A DNA stretch of 35,977 nucleotides from an uncultured Nitrospirales bacterium (lineage in GTDB: Bacteria; Nitrospirota; Thermodesulfovibrionia; UBA6902; BMS3Bbin08), in the NCBI GenBank assembly GCA_964347425.1, contig CAYFYW010000212.1, positions 1 to 35,977 of the forward strand, given 5' to 3'. The translations under genes and the position numbers were made by a program. Of the stretch, positions 8,638 to 15,803 are shown one piece after another. Under the pieces are notes generated by a model. The model had not been told where the DNA came from and made no database searches. It worked only from the letters and a program-made list of their open reading frames with translations. How positions within the stretch are numbered: the first letter of the stretch is position 1; every line of letters begins with the position of its first letter.

Positions 8638-9540
8638 TCAAGGCACCATTATAGTCATCCCTTTTTGTATATTCCCGGCACCCTTGGTAGCCTTTCCAAT
8701 AGAAACCTTTTGCTTTACGGTCTGTATAACGATCGTTCCCACTTTTTCCATGGATACATCGAGAAGCTCTCCTGTGTCAGGGTCTCTGAGCTCCTCTGTA
8801 TCACCCACAACAAAGCTCTGACCGCTGGAAACCCCGTCTCTCTCTCCCCTGTTTACATATATTTTACCGCCCTTCACTAATATAACAGTTCCTTCCCATG
8901 GTATATCTTCTATCTGATGGCTTATGAACTGGACTGCCTTATCGATTGCCGCCTCTACAGCTTTTCCGACATTTGTCTTTTTGAATCCACCGAGGTCTGC
9001 TCCCCAGTCCCTGTCCGAGAATCCAATATCAAGACCCGTCCTTGAGGCCTCGCCCACAACCTTCTTGGATGATAAGACCTGGCCGGTGGTTGAGTCCACA
9101 ACATATATTACAGCGTTTATCTCTGCTTTGTCGGTTCCCCCTCCAAGCTTAAAACCCTTAATCCTTAGGCCGCCTAAACCTCCGGTTGTTGAGTGCTGAA
9201 AGTGTGTAATCTCTCCTTTAACGAGGATTTGAGCAGGGGTCATCTGCCCCATCCTGGGCTTTTTCTTTCCGCCGGCAGTCCTGCCTGAAGCGCCAAAATC
9301 CTGTTCGGCCAGAGCCTCCTGCCTCATATCCTTTTCACCCAGGACGATAAACTTCCCTGTCTGCTGGAGGCTGTCTGTGAGTACTGCGCCAAAGGTATCA
9401 GCAAGGTTCCATTGACCGGACCAGTTGGAACGGTTTTCAAACTTGGATACCATAATGGAGTAGCGGAGATTGTGACCTGCAGAGACAAAAGCCGGAGCAG
9501 CAAGTAACAGGATAATAGCTAATAAAACCAGTTTTTTCAT
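8638..9540 (-). CDS. CsgG/HfaB-family secretion-channel-like protein with an extra C-terminal beta domain
   Basis: RBS GAGGAGG and a signal peptide. CsgG-like layout: SIMVSKFENRS...LTDSLQQTGKFIVLGE...AQILVKGEITHF...TGGLGGLRIKGFKLGGG...INAVIYVVDSTTGQVL. No lipobox Cys. Confidence 0.7.
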   Translation of the reverse strand: MKKLVLLAIILLLAAPAFVSAGHNLRYSIMVSKFENRSNWSGQWNLADTFGAVLTDSLQQTGKFIVLGEKDMRQEALAEQDFGASGRTAGGKKKPRMGQMTPAQILVKGEITHFQHSTTGGLGGLRIKGFKLGGGTDKAEINAVIYVVDSTTGQVLSSKKVVGEASRTGLDIGFSDRDWGADLGGFKKTNVGKAVEAAIDKAVQFISHQIEDIPWEGTVILVKGGKIYVNRGERDGVSSGQSFVVGDTEELRDPDTGELLDVSMEKVGTIVIQTVKQKVSIGKATKGAGNIQKGMTIMVP

Positions 9541-9768
9541 GCTTTCCTCCTCTTAAATTTTACTCAATAATCAAAATTTTGTAGAACGATTACTCCGACT
9601 AAAGACTTGGTTTATCTGTATAATCTGAGTAATTAATCTGTGTAATCATATGAATGCGTAATTATTTATGACGCTTCATATAAATTATATGTAGAACAAA
9701 CTTTATTTTCAAGTACAATGACAGTATGTCATAACAAAATTACAACTCTATTGAGACCGGCCATCCTT

Positions 9769-10218
9769 TCACTTTCTAATTACAAGAACAGGGAATTTTG
9801 TATCTTTATGTATAACTCCAAATGTTACGCTCCCGAGAAATGCTGTCTTTATGGCACTTTTGCCGTGGGAGCCCATTACAATCAGATCAACCTTTGATTT
9901 TTTTGCTTCCTTTATTATTTCTTCAACGGGGTGCCCGCTTCTTATAATTTTTTTTGTTTTGATATTATTCTTCTTGCATAATTTTGCAGCCTCTTTAATA
10001 TACGTTTCAGCGGCCTGTCTCAGGTAATCTTCAAGCGGCACTGTTACACGGGTTTTGGTTTCTATGGCGGGGATTGATTTAGTAACAAAAGGACTTTTAT
10101 CGACTATATTAAGTAATATTAAAGTTGCACCTGTCTGTTTTGCGAGCCCGACCGAATATTTAACTGCTTTCTGCGCTGTTTCCGAACCATCTGTTGTCAC
10201 AAGGATCTTTGTAATCAT
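9769..10218 (-). CDS. universal stress protein (UspA family)
   Basis: ILVTTDGSE...A...A...A......L.LL.V...DLIVMGSHGKS...LGSVT..V......PVLVI pattern. Confidence 0.88.
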   Translation of the reverse strand: MITKILVTTDGSETAQKAVKYSVGLAKQTGATLILLNIVDKSPFVTKSIPAIETKTRVTVPLEDYLRQAAETYIKEAAKLCKKNNIKTKKIIRSGHPVEEIIKEAKKSKVDLIVMGSHGKSAIKTAFLGSVTFGVIHKDTKFPVLVIRK

Positions 10219-10249
10219 AACCCCCCCTTAAAAAAGATTTTGCTCCCTG

Positions 10250-10277
10250 ATTTTGATTTTTGATATTTGAATTTTGA
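10250..10277. repeat. four tandem heptamers NTTTTGA directly upstream of the usp start codon
   Basis: attttga tttttga tatttga attttga. Confidence 0.8.
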
Positions 10278-10287
10278 TTTTTTTCGC

Positions 10288-11481
10288 TTACAGTCCGCTT
10301 AAATCCCACTTCTCAAGGTCTTTTCTTATGCTTTCTATACCCCTCTTTTCATCTATAGCCTTGACAACGTTTCTGTAATGAGAATTATCTCCGTACAGAA
10401 TACATCCTGCGAGCACGTTGTCTTTTATAACGAGCTTTTTATATATGTATTTAGCCCTATCTTTATGAACGATGGATTCGGATTTGCCCTCAACATCTAT
10501 ATCTCCTGCAGCCGCAAGGTCAATGCCTGCGACTTTCAGGACATTTGATGGTGTTGTGCCCCCGTACACTGCACTGCCCCCGGCCATGTTTTCCCCCGCA
10601 ATTTCTCCCTGCTTCTGAGACGCGGGCCATATACCGTAAAATATCCCCCTGTGCTCTATTAAATCTCCTGCTGCATAAATATCCTTTATCTCTGTTTCCA
10701 TTGTTTCATTGACCACCAGACCCCTGTTAATTGTAAGACCAAGTTTTCTGGCTAATTCTGCCCGGGGCCTTATTCCGGCAGAGATGATTACTAATTCGCA
10801 GTCAATCTTTGTTCCGTCTTCAAGAAGGATACCTTGAACTTTATCATCCCCCAATATCTCCCTGGATTTTGCCCCGAGGTAAAAGGTAAAACCCATGCTA
10901 TCCAGCTGGTCCTTGAGTATTTCAGATCCTTCAGTGTCCATCTGTCTCGGGAGAAGGCGGTGGGAAAATTCGACTACAGTCACTTCGTGCCCTGTTTTTC
11001 TCAGACTGTTACCTGCCTCAAGACCGAGCACACCGCCCCCGATAAGAAGGATCTTTTTGATAGCTCCTGCGTACTCTATAATTTCCCGAGCGTCCCTTAA
11101 TGATCTTAAGGTAAATACCCCTTTCTTGTCAGAACCCTTTATAGGCGGGATAAAAGAAATCCCGCCTGTTGCAAGAAGCAGTTTGCCATATTCCAGCACT
11201 TCTCCTTTTTCAGTTATGATCTGTTTTTTATTGTTATCTATTTCAGAAACACGTGTGTTCAGCAAAAGGTTAAGATTATTTTTTTTATACCATATGTCTT
11301 CATGGATAATTAATCCTTTTTCACCTACTTCCCCTGCAAGATAGTCTATTAATCTTATGCGGCTGTAAAAAGGATACGACTCGTCAGTGAGGATAGTTAT
11401 TTCGCCGCTCCGGTCTATTTTCCTGATTTGAGAGGCTGCCGATGTTCCTGCAACACCGTTGCCTATGATTATGTATTTCAT
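10288..11481 (-). CDS. FAD-dependent pyridine nucleotide-disulfide oxidoreductase (NirB-N/rubredoxin-reductase-like)
   Basis: Two Rossmann dinucleotide motifs (IIIGNGVAGTSAA and LLIGGGVLGLEAG) and the AAGD motif (IYAAGDLIE). Confidence 0.85.
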   Translation of the reverse strand: MKYIIIGNGVAGTSAASQIRKIDRSGEITILTDESYPFYSRIRLIDYLAGEVGEKGLIIHEDIWYKKNNLNLLLNTRVSEIDNNKKQIITEKGEVLEYGKLLLATGGISFIPPIKGSDKKGVFTLRSLRDAREIIEYAGAIKKILLIGGGVLGLEAGNSLRKTGHEVTVVEFSHRLLPRQMDTEGSEILKDQLDSMGFTFYLGAKSREILGDDKVQGILLEDGTKIDCELVIISAGIRPRAELARKLGLTINRGLVVNETMETEIKDIYAAGDLIEHRGIFYGIWPASQKQGEIAGENMAGGSAVYGGTTPSNVLKVAGIDLAAAGDIDVEGKSESIVHKDRAKYIYKKLVIKDNVLAGCILYGDNSHYRNVVKAIDEKRGIESIRKDLEKWDLSGL

Positions 11482-11502
11482 GAAAAAGTTAAAAATTCAC
11501 TG

Positions 11503-11784
11503 CCGTCCAAAACAATCATAATCAGGCAGGCCGGTCGATGACCTGTAGAGATGCCTGATAAACATAACTAAACCCCTGATGATCTGCAGAGCAGGAGATA
11601 GTATTTGAATGGTTTCGTTTATTCAGTGAAATATGTTTCACTGAATAAACGCCTCGGAGACCCGAGCGAAGTCGAGGGATGAGAATGAATGAAAATACTA
11701 TCTCCTGCTATCTCCTACGTTAAAAGCCAGCGATTCATTGTGCTTATGAGGTGTTCAGCCTCCATAAATACTTTATCCTGGATA
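11503..11784 (+). repeat. MITE-like modular repeat, copy A (full length, about 282 bp)
   Basis: Ends ccgtccaaaacaa ... ttatcctggata. Shares both conserved arms with copies at 26177-26368, 35772-35977 and, inverted, 33761-33893. Confidence 0.85.
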
Positions 11785-11797
11785 TGTATGTCAGAAA

Positions 11798-12508
11798 TTA
11801 TTTTCTATCGGCATCTGTTTTCTGCTGCAGGAATTTTCTCAGAACTTCGGCTAATTTAGAAGGCGGGGTCACCATTTTTAAAAGAAAATCATCTGCACCG
11901 GCACTGGTAACCGCGTCCCGCACATCGTCTGTGTATTTTTTAGATAAAACTATCAGGGGGATGTCTTTCCATTCAGGTGAACCTCTTATTGCTGACAGTA
12001 CTTCAAATCCGTCCGTTTTATCCATAAAAAGGTCAATAACCACTATGTCAACCGGCTGCTCTTCAAGAGCCTTGATGGCGTCGATTCCATTCGTCGCTTC
12101 GACAACCCAGAAACCTTCAAGGCTTAGTTCGCTTTTCATGATTTTTCGGGACATGGTATTATCGTCAACTAACAGGACCCCTGGTTTGTCCCTTTTCGGC
12201 ATGGGAGGTTTTCTCTTTATATCCTCTATTAATTCTTCAATTTTAGCTTTCTGGATATCATCCAGATCTATAAATCTTAGCCCTATCCCGACTCCTGCAT
12301 GCTCGTATTTAATTCTCGCTTTAATTTTTAATTCTTCACTATCAATCGGCAAACTGATCTCAACCACGCTGCCAGCCTGAAAAGGGTGATCGGTATGCAC
12401 ATACAGACCGCCTTTACTTATATCAATCGACTGAACGGTAATCGTGCTGTTAATCATGATTCTCTCATGGTAGGGGATTCTTTCCTGTGCTCGCTGTTTA
12501 TTATCCAT
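11798..12508 (-). CDS. PilZ domain / response-regulator receiver hybrid protein
   Basis: N-terminal PilZ motifs RAQER (RxxxR) and DISKGG (DxSxxG). C-terminal REC domain (VLLVDDN...VVIDLFMDKTDG...LIVLS...DFLLK). Confidence 0.82.
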   Translation of the reverse strand: MDNKQRAQERIPYHERIMINSTITVQSIDISKGGLYVHTDHPFQAGSVVEISLPIDSEELKIKARIKYEHAGVGIGLRFIDLDDIQKAKIEELIEDIKRKPPMPKRDKPGVLLVDDNTMSRKIMKSELSLEGFWVVEATNGIDAIKALEEQPVDIVVIDLFMDKTDGFEVLSAIRGSPEWKDIPLIVLSKKYTDDVRDAVTSAGADDFLLKMVTPPSKLAEVLRKFLQQKTDADRK

Positions 12509-12625
12509 AACTTTGGCCTTATTATAGTGTGCGCATCAATTTTTGTCCATTAAGCCCAAAAACTGCAACTAGTGTGGCGTTACATAAATCCCTTTACATT
12601 AAAAATCCTGTAAGACGTCAATGTT

Positions 12626-12711
12626 GTCATTCCCGAGGTAGTAATCGGGAATCCATTGTCTTTCTGAAACGAATAAAACCTGGATTCCCGCTTAAGGACT
12701 GCGGGAATGAC
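12626..12711. repeat. GTCATTCCCG...CGGGAATGAC hairpin repeat
   Basis: Outer inverted ends gtcattccc / gggaatgac. Two inner 8-bp hairpins (attcccga/tcgggaat and attcccgc/gcgggaat). A second copy lies at 32508-32601. Confidence 0.8.
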
Positions 12712-12865
12712 GGCTCAAAATACTCAAAACAAATGTAAAGAACCGTTAGTAACAGCACACTAGCCCCCGTAAAATAATAAACATATAACGGGGCAGGCAC
12801 AGAGATAAAACTAAATATAACCAAGAAATAAGCAACTCATTAATTTTTCTAAAAAAATCTTTTTT

Positions 12866-13042
12866 GCCACAGAGTTCACAGAGAGCACAGAGTTTAAGTT
12901 CAAAAAAAAAGTAAACTAAATTAAGGAACTGTCGAACGGGGCATTAACCCCACTCGACAGATATGTTTATGTGGTATTCATCAAAGACATTTTAAATTAA
13001 ATATGTTTTGTTTTCTCTGTGCTCTCTGTGAACTCTGTGGCT
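12866..13042. repeat. element bounded by a perfect 27-bp inverted repeat built of CACAGAG nonamers
   Basis: gccacagagttcacagagagcacagag (12866-12892) is the exact reverse complement of 13016-13042. The 123-bp core contains the hairpin ctgtcga..gggg..cccc..tcgacag. Confidence 0.9.
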
Positions 13043-13069
13043 ATTAAACCTGTGTGGCTGAGTGGTTGA

Positions 13070-13879
13070 CTAACTGTTTCCACGTTTTAACATCGTCAAA
13101 AAGAATATCACGATGCTCACAAGCACGATACTCGGGCCGGACGCGGTGTTGAGATAAACAGAGCCCGTGAGCCCCGCAATACCCGAGAAGACGCCGAAAA
13201 TGCATGAAAGACCAAAAAGCCGTTTCATGCTTGATGCAAGATTCTTGGCTGCAGCAGCAGGGACGATGAGAAGGGACGTTACGAGGATTATCCCGATAAT
13301 CTTAAGACTTATCGTTACAACAATTGCAATGATAAAAAAGAGCAGGTATTCAAAAAACCTTACATTAATTCCATTTACGCTTGCGAGTTCGCTGTTGAAG
13401 GTAATCTGGAGAAAGGGTTTTAAAAAAGAGAGGAGGGTTGCAATGGTCAACGTGCCGACAATAAAGATTAGCAACAGGTCTGACCCCGTGATAGCGAGGA
13501 TGTTTCCAAAGAGAAAGGTAAAAATATCCCCCCTGTAACCTTTGAGCATTCCGATTATGAGCACTCCTGTGGCAATGGCACCTGAAAAGGCAATCCCGAT
13601 AACTGTATCATGTGACAAGGATGTTTTTTCGGAGAGAAAAGCAATAACAAAGGCAATAAGTATTGCCATAACTACGGATGATAGGGAGAGGTCAATGCCG
13701 AGAAGCATACCAGCTGCAATTCCTGCAAAGGCTGAATGCGATATTGCATCCGAGAAAAAGGACATCCTGCGCAGGATCACGAAATTTCCAACAAAGGGGC
13801 AGAGTATACCAACCATGAGTGAGGCAAGGAGGGCCCTCTGGATAAAGGGATATGATAAAAACTCGCTAATCGTGTTCAT
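13070..13879 (-). CDS. znuB: metal (Zn/Mn) ABC transporter permease
   Basis: 269-aa polytopic membrane protein of the ZnuB/TroC type. Overlaps the upstream ATPase gene by 14 nt. Confidence 0.82.
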   Translation of the reverse strand: MNTISEFLSYPFIQRALLASLMVGILCPFVGNFVILRRMSFFSDAISHSAFAGIAAGMLLGIDLSLSSVVMAILIAFVIAFLSEKTSLSHDTVIGIAFSGAIATGVLIIGMLKGYRGDIFTFLFGNILAITGSDLLLIFIVGTLTIATLLSFLKPFLQITFNSELASVNGINVRFFEYLLFFIIAIVVTISLKIIGIILVTSLLIVPAAAAKNLASSMKRLFGLSCIFGVFSGIAGLTGSVYLNTASGPSIVLVSIVIFFLTMLKRGNS

Positions 13880-14615
13880 GACAGCTGTGTATATACGCCC
13901 CCATCATTTCTCCATAAACGCTCTTGATAACCTCATCGGTCAGTGTCTCTCTCGGCTGACCGCTGCATATTAATCTCCGGTTCAAACAGAGTACATTATG
14001 AGCAAAGCGGTAAACAACATTTAAATCGTGAGAGATTAATATAACGGTTAGTCCCTTCTCCCTGTTCAGCCTCCTGATTAAATCGTAAAACCTCTCCTGA
14101 CCTTCTATATCTACACCTGACGCAGGCTCATCAAGAAAGAGTATTTTGGGCTTGTTAACAATTGCCTTGGCAATCATAACCCTTTGAAGCTCTCCTCCGG
14201 ACAGACTCCCGATCCCCCTGTCCGCTAACCCCTGTGCACCAACAATTTCGAGAAGGCTGGAAATGTATTTCTTCTCCTGTCTCCTTTTTATAAAAGGAAA
14301 GGAGAGCATCGGCGGCACGGCAAACCCTACAAGTTCAGATACGGTAAGGGGGAATGTCCTGTCAAACTCAAGTCTCTGCGGGACATAACCGAGCCTTACA
14401 TGGGAGTTTTTACCGGTAACGGGAATGCCAAACATTGAGATAGAGCCTGTGCTGGGAATAAGTCTGAGTATAGCTTTAACCAAAGTGGTTTTCCCTGCGC
14501 CATTAGGTCCTATGATTGCAATAATACTGCCTTCATCAACAGAAAACGAAATATTTTCTATTAAATGACGGCCGTTCACCTTAACGCAGAGATCTTTAAC
14601 GCTCAATGCATTCAT
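13866..14615 (-). CDS. znuC: metal ABC transporter ATP-binding protein
   Basis: Walker A GPNGAGKTT, signature LSGGELQR, Walker B ILFLDEP. Confidence 0.9.
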   Translation of the reverse strand: MNALSVKDLCVKVNGRHLIENISFSVDEGSIIAIIGPNGAGKTTLVKAILRLIPSTGSISMFGIPVTGKNSHVRLGYVPQRLEFDRTFPLTVSELVGFAVPPMLSFPFIKRRQEKKYISSLLEIVGAQGLADRGIGSLSGGELQRVMIAKAIVNKPKILFLDEPASGVDIEGQERFYDLIRRLNREKGLTVILISHDLNVVYRFAHNVLCLNRRLICSGQPRETLTDEVIKSVYGEMMGAYIHSCHEHD

Positions 14616-14625
14616 TTTATAACCC

Positions 14626-14725
14626 GATTACACAGATTTCCACGGACGATTACACAGATAAATTTTATCAATAATACAACATTATTCTCTATCGGTGTCA
14701 TCTTTATTTTTTTATCTGTGTAATC
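14626..14725. repeat. GATTACACAGAT repeat cluster between znuA and znuC
   Basis: gattacacagat at 14626-14637. gattacacagataaa at 14648-14662 with its perfect inverted partner tttatctgtgtaatc at 14711-14725, which overlaps the znuA stop codon. Confidence 0.9.
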
Positions 14726-15677
14726 AATGCAGTGCTTTTTTTAAAACCGCAACATTTGCCCTCATTCTGTCCTCGTACCACTCAGGATAAAGCATTCCTG
14801 ACTCCAGGGTATCGAGAGGATAAACCCGCAGTTTCAGATCACCTGCAATTGCCTTTACTATCTTGGGAGTAAACTGCGATTCTGAGAAGATAGCCTTTAT
14901 CCCTTTGGCCTTTATTGTTTTTATAACATATGCGATGTGTTTTGAAGTGGGCTCTTCTTCGGGGGACTCCTGAATCACTGCTAACAGTCTCAGTCCATAG
15001 TCCCTCGCAAAGTACTGAAATGCGGGGTGAAAGGCAACAAACTCTTTCTTATCCCATGTCTTGACTTCATCCCTTAAATCTCTGTCAAGGACTTCAAGGC
15101 GATTAATATACTTCTCGGCATTTTCCGTATAATTTTCGGTTCTGCCCGGGTCTTCCTTTACCAATGCGTCCCTGATGTTTTTCACCTGGATAATTGCATT
15201 ACGCGGTGAAAGCCATATATGAGGGTCATTGAGGATAACCTCTACGCCGGCACTTGTGTCTACCACTGTGAGTTTTTTACTGCCCGATGCAATTACCCCC
15301 TCCTCTGCGGAGGCTACTAATTTGTCTAACCACGTTTCAAGGTTTGCACCATTTTTTATAAGAACCTGCGCCTCTTTAATCTTTTTTATATCTGAAGGGC
15401 TGAAAGAGTATTCATGCGGCCCCGCACCTGAAGGCAGGAGATTTTCTACAACAGCAAGGTCACCTGTAATATTTTTGGTGAAGCTGTAAAGCGAGGCGGT
15501 TGTTGTGAGGACTTTCAGTTTTTTCTCCGGCCGCTTCGACCCGCTGACGGGCTGATACGACTGTTGACAGGCTGAAAGAGTGATGGAAAACAATATAATG
15601 CAAAGAAGCGTGGATTCGCCGAGGCGAAAAAGGCAAAGCTTTCTTTCTAACTGGGTAAATCTCCCGACTATTGTCAC
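14724..15677 (-). CDS. znuA: metal ABC transporter substrate-binding lipoprotein (ZnuA/TroA family)
   Basis: Lipobox LSAC after a hydrophobic leader. ZnuA-type core (HEYSFSP...DPHIWLSP...AFHPAF.YFARDYGL). GTG start at 15677; the start is uncertain. Confidence 0.82.
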   Translation of the reverse strand: MTIVGRFTQLERKLCLFRLGESTLLCIILFSITLSACQQSYQPVSGSKRPEKKLKVLTTTASLYSFTKNITGDLAVVENLLPSGAGPHEYSFSPSDIKKIKEAQVLIKNGANLETWLDKLVASAEEGVIASGSKKLTVVDTSAGVEVILNDPHIWLSPRNAIIQVKNIRDALVKEDPGRTENYTENAEKYINRLEVLDRDLRDEVKTWDKKEFVAFHPAFQYFARDYGLRLLAVIQESPEEEPTSKHIAYVIKTIKAKGIKAIFSESQFTPKIVKAIAGDLKLRVYPLDTLESGMLYPEWYEDRMRANVAVLKKALH

Positions 15678-15803
15678 GGATAAGATTATACCATAACAAA
15701 AAGCAGATGAAGCCAGATTACTTGCAGATACTCGCTGAAAATATCAGTGCTCATCTGTTCCTGTCTGTGATCATCTGTGTTAAGCGTGTGTTATATTACC
15801 TCA

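Noticed and set aside
9718-9732. Palindrome atgaca gta tgtcat upstream of the CsgG-like gene.
   Set aside because: A single 6-3-6 palindrome in AT-rich DNA is expected by chance, and there is no second copy in the window.
12529-12824. ORFs 12529-12738 (+) and 12627-12824 (-) in the znuB / PilZ-REC spacer.
   Set aside because: They translate the GTCATTCCCG repeat (SFPQSLSGNPG-type peptide). They have no RBS and the DNA copies are conserved at nucleotide level only.
14626-14662. Possible mini-CRISPR: two direct GATTACACAGAT copies with a 10-nt spacer. The other short direct repeats raise the same question.
   Set aside because: The repeats are far too short and too few, spacers are not of uniform CRISPR size, no cas genes are present, and the same motif is dispersed singly elsewhere.
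15678-15803. Zur/Fur-type operator in the znuA / MFS divergent region.
   Set aside because: No clear AT-rich palindrome of the 7-1-7 or 9-1-9 type is visible. This cannot be decided without a lineage-specific matrix.
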